A stretch of 64,000 nt of DNA from Neocallimastix sp. 'constans' (lineage: Eukaryota): contig JBODTK010000012.1 in the NCBI GenBank assembly GCA_050613775.1, positions 1-64,000 of the forward strand, in the 5' to 3' direction. Below are positions 1-14,324 of this stretch, in pieces. Position numbers and translations under genes: made by a program. Position 1 is the first letter of the stretch. Every line of letters starts with the position of its first letter. The notes under the pieces were generated by a model. That model was not told the DNA's origin. It saw only the letters and a program-made list of their open reading frames with translations, and ran no database searches.

Positions 1-122
1 TTTTATTTTATTTTATTTTATTTTATTTTATTTTATTTTATTTTATTTTATTTTATTTTATTTTATTAGGTATTTTTATTTATATTTATTTGTTTTAAAA
101 AAAATAAAATTGGAATAATTAC

Positions 123-1761
123 CATTATAAACTTTTTTCATAATAACTTCATTATGTGGTGGTGGTGGAGCTTTCACTATAAGATTGGGTTGATGATAGT
201 AATTCATTTTTTGACCTGATCCCCCTGAAATATTATTTGGAAGAGCATTAGGAACATTTGGATCAGCATTTAAATTGAAAAATGTAGCATTATTCATCAT
301 GGACGGCAGTCCCATAATTGAATTTTGTGGAATACCTGCCATTGGTTTTGCATTAACATCAGCAGTGACTACTGGAGGACTGTTTATATTAAGAGATGAA
401 TTTAAAGCCATAGCTTGATCAGTAGGTTGAACCATTGTTGGTACGGCTTCATTATTTACTAAAGTTGACTTTGGTTCATTAGTATTAATATTAGTTGCAG
501 TACTTGTAGCTTTTATAGTACTTGTTGTAGTTGAAGTATTTGGATTAGTTGTTGAATTTACTGCTGAATTAGCATTGGTAGAATCATTTGAATTAGGTAG
601 CACTGATAATGGAGCTGGACCCGTTAAAGAAGGATCTGTTAAAAGAGAACCATTGTCTTCTAAATTTTTTTGAGGAGGCAATAAAAGAGATTGGTTTGGA
701 AAAGGGAATAATTTAAGATTATTTTCAAAATCTTCTGCATTAAAAAATTCTAAAATATCCTTTTTATCTGTTGTATCCGTGATCATTGGATCTAATGGAT
801 TATTATCAGTTACAATTTCTGAAGTAGTGGTGGTAGCTGTATCACTTTTACTATCGTTTTCCTCTGATTTTATTTCCTTCTTTTTAATTTCCTTTGTACA
901 TTCTTCACCAATTTCGGTTTTTACCTTTGTTGTCACTGCAATACTACTTGAAGGACTATTCTTTAAAGAAGAAGAAGAAAATGAAGAAGAGGAGGAAGAA
1001 GATATCAAGGCACTAGTAGTGGTAGTAGTAGTATCTTCACTAGGACTACTACTTACAAGTGTAGCATGACTAGTTTCAGTAGAAGATGCAGTAGTAATTG
1101 TAGCGCTAGTTGTATCTGTAGTACCAGAATTAATACTAGTAATATCAACAGCAGAAACGGATGCACTGGTGTCTACTGATGTGACCGCGGTAGAATTAAT
1201 ATCTAAAGTTAAACTATTTATATCCTCTAAACCACTTGTTAAACTGGAATTTAGCAAATCGATATCCATATTAAGAAAATCATTGGTATCATCTAAATTT
1301 AATGGTAAAGATGAAGGAAGAAAAAGAGAAGTTGATATATTTTCTAATTTATTTTTATTGTCTTCTTCATTTTGATTTATATTATTGGTTGTGACAGTAG
1401 TTTCTGTACTCATATCATTACTATTATCCTGAAATTTAAAAGAAAGATCTTCATTTTCAGTTTTTGAAATATTTTTTAATGTTATATCTGATACCAATTC
1501 GGTATCATTTTTTTTACTCTCTTTTTCGTTGTTTTTATCTTTTTTATTATCTAAAATATATATATATATATATATATAATTATTGTATAATAATATAATA
1601 TTATTTTTATTTTTGTATATATATCAAAATAATAATCATAAATATTTAAAAAAAAAATAAATAAAAAAGAGTAATAGAGAAAAATGAATATATAATATAT
1701 GGGTATATAGTATATAAATATTTTAGTTTATTTTATAGATAAATAGAATTTTCTTTTATTA

Positions 1762-1831
<70 letters not shown>

Positions 1832-1850
1832 GTTGTTGTTGTTGTTGTTG

Positions 1851-1891
<41 letters not shown>

Positions 1892-1913
1892 GTTGTTGTT
1901 GTTGTTGTTGTTG

Positions 1914-1985
<72 letters not shown>

Positions 1986-2310
1986 TTTTTCTTTATTAAT
2001 GATTTTTACCATTTTTATTTGTATTAGATACTGTATTATTGGATGATTGGGTTTGACTTTGATTTAACGAGACAGTAGATTGAGTTAAATTATTACCTGT
2101 AGCGGGAGTAGCAGGGATAGTTGGAGTTGATGTAGCTAATAATACATTTGAACGATTTAAAGATGATAAAGAAGTAGTTGTATATAATAAATTTGAAGTA
2201 GAAGTAGAAGTAGAAGTTGCTAAAGATAAAGGAATACCTATTGATGACACTGAATTTAAAAGTATCTGTTCTTGATTATATTCTCTTTCCGTTTTAGAAC
2301 TTCCTAACAT
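123..2310 (-). CDS. Partial spliced gene (3' part lies beyond the left window edge); long S/T/N-rich N-terminus, possibly a transcription factor
   Basis: Exon1 2310-2010 (ATG at 2310, donor G|GTAAAA), intron 2009-1551 holding a TAT/TGT microsatellite, exon2 1550-123 in frame with the 76..1497 ORF, then donor G|GTAATT at 122. No folded domain is visible in the window. Confidence 0.75.
1757..1978. repeat. Compound microsatellite (TAT)n(TGT)n(TAT)n(TGT)n(TAT)n, intronic
   Basis: Read directly from the sequence. Confidence 0.95.
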
Positions 2311-3525
2311 TTTTTTCTCATTAAATTATAATTTATATTTTCGTATTATGTCGTTTTTTTTTTTAAAAAAAAATTTATATAATTATTTAAAAGTCTTTCC
2401 TTATCAATAGAACAAAATTATATGGTAATGAATTATATATTATTCTTTTTTATAGGAACAATATTTTTTTTTTTTATAATAAATCATTTATATTTTATTT
2501 TATAATATATATCATTATAAATTTAAAAAAAAAAGATTAATACACTGTATTAGTAACGTTTATATCAAAAAATAATAGGTATGTATTTTAATATTGATTA
2601 ATTATATATAAAAAATTTTTATTTTATATTGAATGAGTAGTATTACTTTTTTTTTTTTATTATACAAAATAAAAATTTTCCTGATATATAAATAGTACTG
2701 CTATTTTTTTATTAATATTAATTCCTGTTTTTTATCCTCCTATGTATTACCTTTTTAATAAACTATATATTAAATATATTCGTTTTTGAGTAGTATAAAA
2801 ACTTATATTAACATCCTTTTAGTTTTTAAGATACTTTTTTTGTTTTATTTGGTTATTGATAAAATACTACTCAATAAAAAAATGTTTCATAATAAAACAA
2901 TGATACTTTTGTAATAATGTTTTTATTTAGAAAAATGGTTTTTTTTTTTTTTTTTTCTTTCTTTTTTTTTTTTTTATTTGGTTATTGTTAAAATATTACT
3001 CAATATAAAAATGTTTCATAATAAAACAATGATACTTTAATAATAATATTATTATTTAGAAAAAAAAAATTTTTTATTTCTTCCTTTTTTAAAGTTTTTC
3101 TTTTTCCGTTTTTATAATATTCTTATTTTAAAACTGAAAAAAGTAATTATACTAAAGTTATGTTCAGTATATCTCTTATTTCTTCATATATTTTTTTCTA
3201 AAAGGAAAAAAAAAAATACTATTATATTAAAAATAATATACTATTTAATTATTTTTACAAAGACAGGCAAAATATATAATATGTAATATATTTTTGTATA
3301 TAACAGAAGACAAAAGCATATATTATTATTCAAAATATATATGTATATACAAAATACAAAAAGAAAATATGACTATCCTTTTCTTTTTATTAAAGTACAA
3401 AAAAAAAAAAGTTATAAATACAGACGTTTAATAAAAAAAAATTTGAATTAAAAATAAAAATGATATATAAATTTGAAAATTGATTAAAATTAAAATTTAA
3501 GTTAATATAATATTAATTTAATTAT

Positions 3526-3562
<37 letters not shown>

Positions 3563-3908
3563 AAAAATTAAAAAATTATATCGTCTGGTATAGAAATTTT
3601 AAATTATAATTAAATTTTTTTAATATATTATTAAAATATAAAAAAAATAAAATAAAATAAAAATGTATAATATACATTCTATTATGTTTTTTTATTATTT
3701 TTTAGGGCTATTACTATTTAATTATTACTATGTGTAATAATTATTATTAATTAACTATAATTTCTATTAGTGATAGTAGTTGTACTATTTATGATTAATG
3801 AACTATTGTTGAATAATTATTAATATTTAGTAAAAGATTTTTTTTAAAATTTAAAAATTAAAAGATTAATTTAATTTATAGAAGATTTTTTTATAAAATA
3901 GACTTTTT

Positions 3909-3959
<51 letters not shown>

Positions 3960-5533
3960 GAGTATAGAAAATTAATATTAAATATTAAATATCACTACTA
4001 ATATTATTATTATTTTTATAAGTATAATCATTTATTATTTTAATTATTATTACTATAATTGAAATCACATTATTACCTCTACTATTAGTATTTTTATTTA
4101 TATATATTATTAGTATTTAAAAACTGAATATTATTAATGATTTATGATATTTTGTTATAAAATTAAAAAAAAATAATAATAATAGTAATAATCAAAATTT
4201 ATTTTTTATATTAAATTTATTTTAATTTAATGCTATATTAATAATTAAATATTGTACAAATGCTAAACTAAGATAATTAAAATGAATTTAAAAAAAGAAT
4301 ATACATATTATATTTAAATATTAATTTATAAACATATTATATAATAATATTAATAATACTAATATTTCATTGCTACGACGTTATAGTAATATATTATAAT
4401 CACAGTTCCAAATATATATATAAAAAAAAATAAAAAACATAATAGAACAAATGTAATTATGGTATAAAAATCACTGTTGATTATAGAAGATGATATGTAA
4501 AATCAAATATTAATTAAAATTGACTATTAATATATTGGAATTAATGATTTCTTTTTCTCTTAATATATATATTATATATAAAAAAATGTATCAAAGATTT
4601 ATTGTTTTTATTTTACTTTTTATTTTATATATTACAAATTAAATATTCATAATTATTATATTGATATTTCTTTTTTCTTTTTTTCATTTTTATTCTCTTT
4701 TTTATTTTGAATTATTATATCATCTTGGGTTTAAATTTAAATCCTTTTTTTTTTTTTTCCATATCGGTACTCAATAATTTTTTAAATATTTATTAATTTT
4801 ACCTTAAATTTTTATTTTGATTTAAATTAATGATATATTAATTTTAAATTGATGTCATTATTATTAATACAATAATTATTACTATGTTATTATTATATTA
4901 TTATTTATATTAGTATTATTTATTTTATTAGTATAATTTGGTATAATTAAGGCTAGCATTTATTAAATTATTTAATTAATTCTTTACTACCATACAATTT
5001 TTTTATTACTATTTCATTATATTTAATTGTCAAATAATTTTTATAATATGTGAATACATTTTATCCATAAAATTTTCAAAATAAATCTTTTTTTTTTTAT
5101 TTAATTTTTCAATTTTTTATTTTTTTAATATTAATTATTAACTAATTAAAAACTTTTTTTTTAAAAATCATTTAATTTTTAATTAAATTTTTATATTTTT
5201 TTATTACTGAATTTTAAAATGAAAAAATAAATTTATTAAAAATAAAAATTTAGTAAAACTTTAGTTATATGTGAAATAATGATAAAAAAAAGATATTATA
5301 TTGCTATCTGTTCTTTTTTTTAAAAAAAAATATAAAATTAAAAAATAAAATAAAAATAAAGAAATTTAAATATCCAATTTCAAAATAATTAAAGAACAAT
5401 AATCATTCAGTTGTCTGATTAACTTTTACCATCATAGTATCACTATTGAATTAATATTAATATCTATTGAAAAATAAAATTTAATTAATAATAAAATATA
5501 TGTTAATTAGCACCTTAATTTAAATATATTTAA

Positions 5534-5565
<32 letters not shown>

Positions 5566-6257
5566 GAATCATTATATATATTTCTCCATTTTTAATTTCA
5601 TATGAATATTATTATTCTTTTTTAAATAATAAATAACATTTTATTAACTTGTGTAAAATTTATAAATATATTTATTTTTATTAATAACTTATTAAAACTT
5701 TCATTAAGATATTATGTAATAATGATAATAATAATAAATAAATAAATAAATAAATAAATTAAAATTAAATGATACAAAAAATAATAAAAAAAAATACTCC
5801 ACATAATTTTATTTATTAAAGTTTCTTATAAAAATTTAAATTTAAAAAATACCGCAACACGCAACACGCTTTAAAAATAATAATAATTATAATAATAATA
5901 ATTTAAAAGTAAAAGAGTTTTTTTTTCTATTATATAGAATAAAATATAATTAATAAAGATAGATAAATTAATTATTAATCTTTTAAAATTTTTATATTTA
6001 ATTAAAAAAAGTTAATTTATAATAAAATTTTAATTTTTATTTAAAAATATAAAAATACAAATATACATATATTAATAATAAATATTAAAAAATTGATTGA
6101 AATAATAATTTTTTAAGGTCGTCACCATCATAATCACCCACTCCATTAATAATTATCATTTTTATCCTTAATTATTAAAATATATAGAGTTTTGACTAAT
6201 ATATATATATAAAGATACAAATGATGGTAATAATTAAGTCCGTTAATAAAAATTTTA

Positions 6258-6300
<43 letters not shown>

Positions 6301-6518
6301 ATCCTCTTAACTCTTTATAATCATAGTAAAATAAATCATTTAAAAAAATTTTTTATAATTATTATTTTATAGTAATAATTATTAAATAACTTATAAAAAT
6401 AATAACTGCTTTAAAATAAAAAAAAAAAAAAAATAAAATAAATTTGATGTTCCAATACATTTTTATAACTATTTTTTTATTTTTAAATAAATTGATAAAA
6501 TAATAATTAAAAAAAAAA

Positions 6519-6574
<56 letters not shown>

Positions 6575-7091
6575 TTAAAAATAAAAAAATAAAAAATAAA
6601 AATATGAAGTTAAATTTTTATTTATTATTTTGTCTTATTTTGTTTTATTTTATTTTGTTTTGTTTTATTTTATTTTATTTTGTTTTGTTTTATTTTATTT
6701 TATTTTATTTTATTTTATTTTATTTTATTTTATTTTATTTTATTTTATTTTTATTATTTCTTTAATAATTATATTACTTCATTATTTATTTTATTTTATT
6801 TTATTATATTTTATTTTATTTTATTAAACAATTTTGTTTTAATGGTTTTTTCATTATTTTTTATTAATAAATTTATTTAAAATTGTTACTATACTAATAG
6901 GTTTTAATTTAATATACATAATACTTTTTTATAATATTATTTTTTGTTTTGTTTTTTCTTTTTTATTTATTTATTTTATTTTACAAACAGTTATTTTCTC
7001 TCGTTATATACATACATACATATATATATATATATATTAAGAGTTTTGTTTGTTTATTTGTTTTGTTTTATTTTTATTTACATATTTATCT

Positions 7092-7368
7092 TTATTTATT
7101 TGATTCCAATTTAGCTGTAACAAAATTTTTTATATTTGGATAAATAGCCTTTTCATTGAGTTGATCTTGAGCCCATGATAAAAGCTTTAATAATGATAAT
7201 AAGCGTGGATCTCTATCTTGACATTGTGAAGTTAAAATAGCTGAATTTAATTCACTAGCTGTTTTCTGACGTTGTGAATGTTCTAATAAACTCTTAACTG
7301 GTGATTTACTGTTATCATCAAATGCTAATAAGGCCATAGTTTGTTCTAAATCTTCTAAAAACTCGGTC

Positions 7369-7438
<70 letters not shown>

Positions 7439-8654
7439 TGAATCATTACGATTATTAATTTTAATATTATAAATATCATTATTATAAAATGAATTAAATT
7501 TAATTATTTTTATTTTAAAAAAAAATTCATATATTACATTATTCATTTGATAAAAATTTAATAATAATAGTAAATAACAAAACAGTTAAAATATATTAAT
7601 ATAGCAATAATAATAGAATAATAGTTATAAAAAAAAAGTTTAAAATAATAATATATTTATTAACAAATAATGATAATACAATAAAATTATTGTTAATAGT
7701 TACTAATAACTAATAATATAATAATTATTATTTTATGTAATTACATTTTCTTCTCCTCTTGGAGCTAATTCTTCTTGTGCAAATTCAATAGCTTCCATAA
7801 TTTTACCTTGTTTAATAAATTCTATCAATTTTTGTTGTTGTAAATGGAAATATAATTTTGGATTATTATCTAAAATCTTTTTTATTATATTGAAATTAAA
7901 AAAAAAGAAAAAGTTAAAATTATATATAATTTAAATTAACTATATTATTCATTATTTTAAAAAATAAAAATAATTATATAAATATTATATTACCTCTGGG
8001 TCAAGATCGTTGACTTTTTCAATAGCTTCATCAATATTGCCACTTTGAATTGTATTTCTGATATCCATACGTTCTTCTATATATAATAAATCTACAGTTG
8101 GTTGTAATCCGGATTCTTGACTAAATTTTTCAGCAGCATCTTTATAACCTTCTATTACAAGATAGTTCATAATTAATTTATTTAAATCTCTTTATTACAA
8201 CAATTTTCAGATAATAATTATTTTAATAATATTAGTAATTATTATTTAAATGAATATATAATATTAATAATTTTTTTTTTTTTAAATTTATGGAATTATC
8301 ATGATTGATGTATTATTAATTATTGTAATTATTATTTTTGTAATATTGATTTTTTAAATTTATAATATAAATAATAATAAATGTAATATAAAGAATAAGT
8401 TGTAAATTACGTTTTTTCTACTGAAACATTTGATAATTTAGATTCCCATTTTTCTTTAGTAATGACTTTTTTTGCTGGATTTTTCTTTTAACATTAAGAA
8501 ATAATATAAATAGTCCAACAATTTTATTTATAAAAAATATATATATAAATATATATTAATATATATATATAAAAATATATATTATATTATTAATATATCA
8601 TTCTTTATTCACAGCATATCCTCAAATCTATACATTTATTACCTTGTTTAACAT
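7092..8654 (-). CDS. GID8: Glucose-induced degradation protein 8 homolog (LisH-CTLH-CRA; GID/CTLH E3 ligase subunit)
   Basis: Exons 8654-8643 (MLNK, least certain), 8484-8411, 8189-7994, 7876-7745 and 7367-7092 join in frame: ...[45 protein letters not shown]...LYFHLQQQKLIE...QRQKTASELNSAIL...LLKLLSWAQDQL. This matches TWA1/GID8. Confidence 0.92.
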
Positions 8655-9787
8655 TTTTACTTTATATATATATTTAATTATTTATAAACTCTTTATAATT
8701 TATAAATTTTATAATATATATATAAGGTTAGTGTATTTACTGATGTTTTTTATTATTATGAGTTAATACTTTTAACTAAATTTATTATTAAACATAATTT
8801 TTATTTATATATATATTATTTTATTTGATAAATATATATTTCATTTAAATTTATACATTCTTTAAAACAGTAAATTAATGCCATTATTTAATAAATTAAT
8901 TAATAGCTTCACTTTAAAATTCATATTAAAACTAATTTGAAATTTAAATTTTCAATTATTATATTTTTTGTTATTATTATTCATTTTTAAATATATATTT
9001 AATTATTAAATTTTTCTTATAGTTTATAAGAATATTACATATATATTAAGAAGAAAAAAATAAATAATCTGATGAAATTATAGTAGTATTATTACAAACA
9101 ATTATTATTGTTACTTCAAAAGTATACCTTTTTAGTAAAATTATTAATTTTTAATATTTCAAGTATTCTATTGATTCTTATATACAATTTTTTTTAAAGA
9201 ATTAAGCAAATAATTTTCAAAAATTGAAATAAAAATAAAATGATAAATTAGACAATTTACTAATGTTTATATAATTTAGAATTATTAACAGATTATCTCT
9301 GTAAAGTCCTTCAAATTTTATAAGTAATTTATCTGATGGTTTGCTAATACTTTTTAATTTACAAATAATAAAAATATATATATATAATTGTAAAAAAAAT
9401 GGTATATAAATATAATAATTTAATAAAATTAATAATTATTTATTATTTAATTATTTATTATTTAATTTATTTATTATTATCTATTATTTGTTTATTTTTT
9501 AATTATTTATTATTTATTATTAATTATTAATTATTTATTATTTAATTATTTATTATTTATTAATAAATACTCTTTTTATTTATTATTTATTATGTATTAT
9601 TTATTAATTAATTATTAAGTATTTAGTATTTAATTATTTATTTTATATTATTTATTATTTACTATTTGTTATTTATTATTTATTATTTATTATTTATTAT
9701 TTATTATTTATTATTTATTATTTATTATTTATTATTTATTATTTATTATTTATTATTTATTATTTATTATTTATTATTTATTATTTA

Positions 9788-10260
9788 TTATTTATTATTT
9801 TTTGGGATAATTTCAAATATCTTAAGGCCCATAGCATAATCAGATTTCTTTAGCAGGGCAGCTATTTTGTTTATTTTCGTTTCGAAAACGTCCAAGTGTT
9901 CCTTATCAAGTCTTAAATTGTCCCAAAGTTTTTGAGCATCCTTTAAAGAATATGTTACAAATTTTTTCTGGAATTGGGCAAGAATTTCATTGAAAGGTAA
10001 CGTAATTCGACCCAAAGATGATACTCCCCCCTCTCAGGAAGGAACGAATTAGTAAAATAGTTCCTCTGTTCAGACGTAAGACAAGACAGAAAAGCAGTGG
10101 CAAGATATTCCTCATTAGGAGGATGAGCAAAGTGGTGTAAATAGGAATAGAATTAGTAGACGAAGTCTTCAGGGTCTTCAACCTTACCAGAAAAATAGGT
10201 TTATTGATATTAAAAATTCTTTGGAAAGTAGAAGGGTCATCAGCCCTATCAGAAGAAGAA
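9788..10260 (-). pseudogene. Degenerate LTR-retrotransposon gag (capsid) fragment
   Basis: GC-elevated island. With a frameshift and an internal stop it reads ...KPIF/SGKVEDPEDFVY*FYSYLHHF...YLATAFLSCL...LPFNEILAQFQKKFV...AQKLWDNLRL, a Ty3/gypsy capsid-like pattern. It is truncated by an AT repeat. Confidence 0.55.
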
Positions 10261-10388
10261 TAATAAAAAATAAATACTTATTATTTATTATTATATATTA
10301 TATATTTATATATTTGAATTTTTAATTTTCAGTTAATTAGCATATAATAATTATTAAACTATATATATGACAATTCTTTTTTATTTCC

Positions 10389-10783
10389 GGTGTGTACTGC
10401 CTTTGGTTTCACCTCCCCCCTCAGGGGTAGTGAGAGTATTGAGGTAGTCACACACTAAATTTTTATAAAGGAAAAATTGTCCCTACTGGATAACTTTACT
10501 GAGTGTTTCAGCATTGGTGTTCTGGCATGCATATTATTGTTGAGAATTTTACTAGTACGATTTCTCAGAGTTTGTAATTTCCCTTTGAAGCGAGACTATT
10601 ATAACCGAACCTAACCCATAGAATTTCGTACTAGCAATTGCATAATATCAGAATTATTTGCAATTTAGTAGAATATATCTACATGAACACATGAAATAAT
10701 GTACCCTACCCTCTCAATTAGTTCAGTATCTATTCTAATAATATATATAAGGGGAACATACTTTCATTAAAATTCTCAACAAT
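10389..10783 (+). other. GC-enriched, highly self-complementary non-coding island (candidate ncRNA, or solo LTR/MITE)
   Basis: Hairpin 10390-10455. A 16-bp inverted repeat ATTGTTGAGAATTTTA (10536-10551) / TAAAATTCTCAACAAT (10768-10783) encloses further helices such as CTAGTACGA/TCGTACTAG and AATTGCA/TGCAATT. Confidence 0.5.
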
Positions 10784-11096
10784 CAAATAGCATTGAATTT
10801 AAATATATTTAAAGAATCATTATGCTTTAAATTTAATATTTTGAAGTTTTTTTTTAAAAAAAATGTACATTTTTTGGCTATTTTTATATTCTAACAGAAT
10901 TAATATTTTAATTTATAATAAAAAAAATGATAAAAATAAATATTTATATTCCAGTTCATATATATATATATATAAAAGAAATGAAATAAATATAATAAAT
11001 ATACATATTTTTTTTTTATATATAATTTAAAAATTTACTTTTATTAATGTTATTATTATATATTATTATTATTAATGCTTTTTTTAAAATTTAATC

Positions 11097-11242
<146 letters not shown>

Positions 11243-13437
11243 TATTTATCTATTATCTATTTATCTATTTATTTGTTTATTTATGAATTTATGAATTTAT
11301 GTATTTATTTATTATTTATATATTTATTATTTATATATTTATTATTTATACATTTATTTTCTAATATTTATTATTTATATATTTATTATTTATTATTTAT
11401 TATTTATTACTTTCTATTTATTATTTATTATTTATTATTTATTATTTATTATTTATTATTTATACTCTTTTTTATTATTTATTATTTAATTATTTATTAT
11501 TTAATTATTTAATTATTTATTATTTATTATTTATTATTTATTTATTATATATTTATTAATTTGTATTATTATATTAATTTGTATATTTTACTAATTTTTA
11601 TTATAATATATTGAATATTGAATATTTTAATATATTATGTAATATATTTATAATGCATTATTTTTTATATATATTATTTTATATTCTCTATTATAAATAT
11701 TATAAAAATTAAATATTAACTTTTTTGGTTAAAAAAATAATTAAATTTTAATTTTTTTTTTAAAAAAATTTCAAATTTCATATCTTTAAAAATTATTATT
11801 TATAAAAAAAAAAAAAAAAAGAGAAATTGTTACATTAAAAAATACTACAAATTAACAAAAATTATAAGATTATTTCAAAAAAAAAAAAAAAAAAAAAAAA
11901 CTACTATTTACTATTCTATTCCACTATAATAATTACATAAATCAAATAAAAATTATAAACTTTATATTTAAAAATGGTTATTAAAATAAGTACTTATATT
12001 TCTATTATTGTATGAAATGAAAATTGTAGTTATTAATGATATTTACTTTCATTTTTGATTATCTTTCATAAAAAAGAATTGAATTAAATATATTGTATAT
12101 TCATTTATATAATCTCGTTACAATAATCAATCCTAATTTTAATTAATTAGTTATAAATTATTTATAATTTGTTATTTGCTATCTTAATTATTATAGTTTT
12201 TATCAGTTCTATAAAACCTTATATATTATAAAATTTCTTATTAAAGTTATTTTATTATTATATTTTTTATGGCTTAAATATTTTATTTCTTATTATAATT
12301 TTTTAATAATTTTAATTATTATAATTTCCTGAAACAAAATACAATCATATAAAAATTATTGAATTAGTTAAAGTAAAATTTATTATTATAATTATTTCAC
12401 ACCTTTATTTAATACTGAATAATTAAGGAGAAAATTTTACAAAGCTTAGCTGAAGAATAAAAAATAAAAAAGGAAAAGGAGAAGAAAAAGAAAAAAGTAT
12501 TTTATCAAAAAAAGAAAGAAAAATAATATTTTTATTTTATTATACCTAAATAAAATATGTTTTTACCTTATATTTTTTTTTATTAAAGAAAAAGAAAAGA
12601 TAATAAAAAAATTAAAAATAAAAAATAAAAAAAAAAAAAAATAAAAAGAAAAAAAAGTATATAATTTAATGAATATATATATGTATATAATAATGATAGT
12701 ATTCAAAAGTGAAATGTATTTCATTAACTCAAAATTAAAGAAAAATATATTTAATAAAATGTAAATACATTATAAATCAGCAATTAACAGATTAAAATAG
12801 ATATATATAGTAACAAATATAATATATAAATAATTATTGATATTCAATATAACTCATAAATCAACCAATACTCAAAGATAAATGGCTTAATAGGAAAACT
12901 AAATTTTGAATTTTATTAGCAAAACAAAATTTTTTTTATATGTAAACACAATGATATATAGTTATATATCATAATAATTATATTATAACATTTAATATAT
13001 AGAAGATATTTTTAATTAGCTTCATATATATATTATATATATCCTTTAATTATATATAATATAATATTTAAATGGAAATATTTATTAATTAATAACCCGC
13101 AAAAATAACATATTATTAATGTATATATATTTATTTATTTATTTTTATTTATTATAAATATTTTTAAAGCTATTATATAAAATTGCTATATATCTTTTAT
13201 ATAATTATAAATACTTTTCTTTTTTTTTTATTTTTTGATATATGAAAATTAATGAATTTAATGAAACTATGAATAAAGATATTAATAATTAGAACAATAG
13301 TAAAATTGCAATATTATCAACCCATTCCTATTATATATACATATACAACATACATATTCCTATATACTATTATAACTATTTTTTACTATTATAACTATTT
13401 TTTATAAAATTCAATTCATTTATTAAAATAAAATAAA

Positions 13438-13472
<35 letters not shown>

Positions 13473-13488
13473 AATATAATATTCAATC

Positions 13489-14289
13489 ATGAAATTTGAA
13501 AAGAATTATGCTAATATCAGTATTTCTGAAATAACGAATACAAAATATGGAGTACTTAATAGGAAAAATACTGGAGGTATCTATTATTAATTTTATTTTT
13601 AATGAAATTAGTTAAAAAAAGATAAGATGAATATAGAGAGTCAAAAAAAAAAAAAAAATAACTAAATTAAAAAATATAATATTATATTAAGATTACCTTA
13701 TGCTAAATTAATCATTATACTAATTTATTTATTTATTTATTTATTTATTTTTGTTTTTGTTTTTATTTTTATTTTTTTTTTTTTTTTGATAAAAGTTGTT
13801 GAAATTATGATTCTAGAAGCATGTGATAGATGTATTCAAAGTAAAATTAAATGGCAATTAACAAGAGCTTTGATTGCCTATCCATCTCCTGTTAGTACTG
13901 AACCAGATGGTTTTGAGGAATTTGTTAGTGAAATTGAAAAAGGAAAAATTGAAAAATTATCTAAAAAAAAGTCAAATGGTATAAAATATATATATATATA
14001 TTATAAATAATACTTTATTTATTAATATTTTTTTTTCATTAATATAACATAAAATAAAATATTTATTATATATCAATAAAATATATCTAATTATATAATT
14101 AAAATTGATAACATATATTAAAAGATAAAACTTTGGATGAAACAGAGCAATTAATCTATCATTGTATTCATGTTTTGTATTGTCAGTTAATAAGATATTC
14201 TCTTTTCTATGGTATGTATTAAATAATTATTAAAAATAAATTATATTTTTAATCCTCTATATATTACTTTTCTATAATACTATAATTAT

Positions 14290-14324
<35 letters not shown>

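Noticed and set aside
1830..2027. Poly-Leu/Ile and FYFIL-type ORFs (also 6630, 6680, 11075, 22615, 37508, 39093, 45173, 45183)
   Set aside because: These are translations of microsatellites or T-rich low-complexity DNA.
5852..5869. CGCAACA tandem motif in the AT-rich intergenic region
   Set aside because: Could be a binding site, but only two copies and no independent support.
8605..8635. Possible poison micro-exon or uORF in GID8 intron 1
   Set aside because: Weak donor (GTGAAT) and too short to distinguish from chance.
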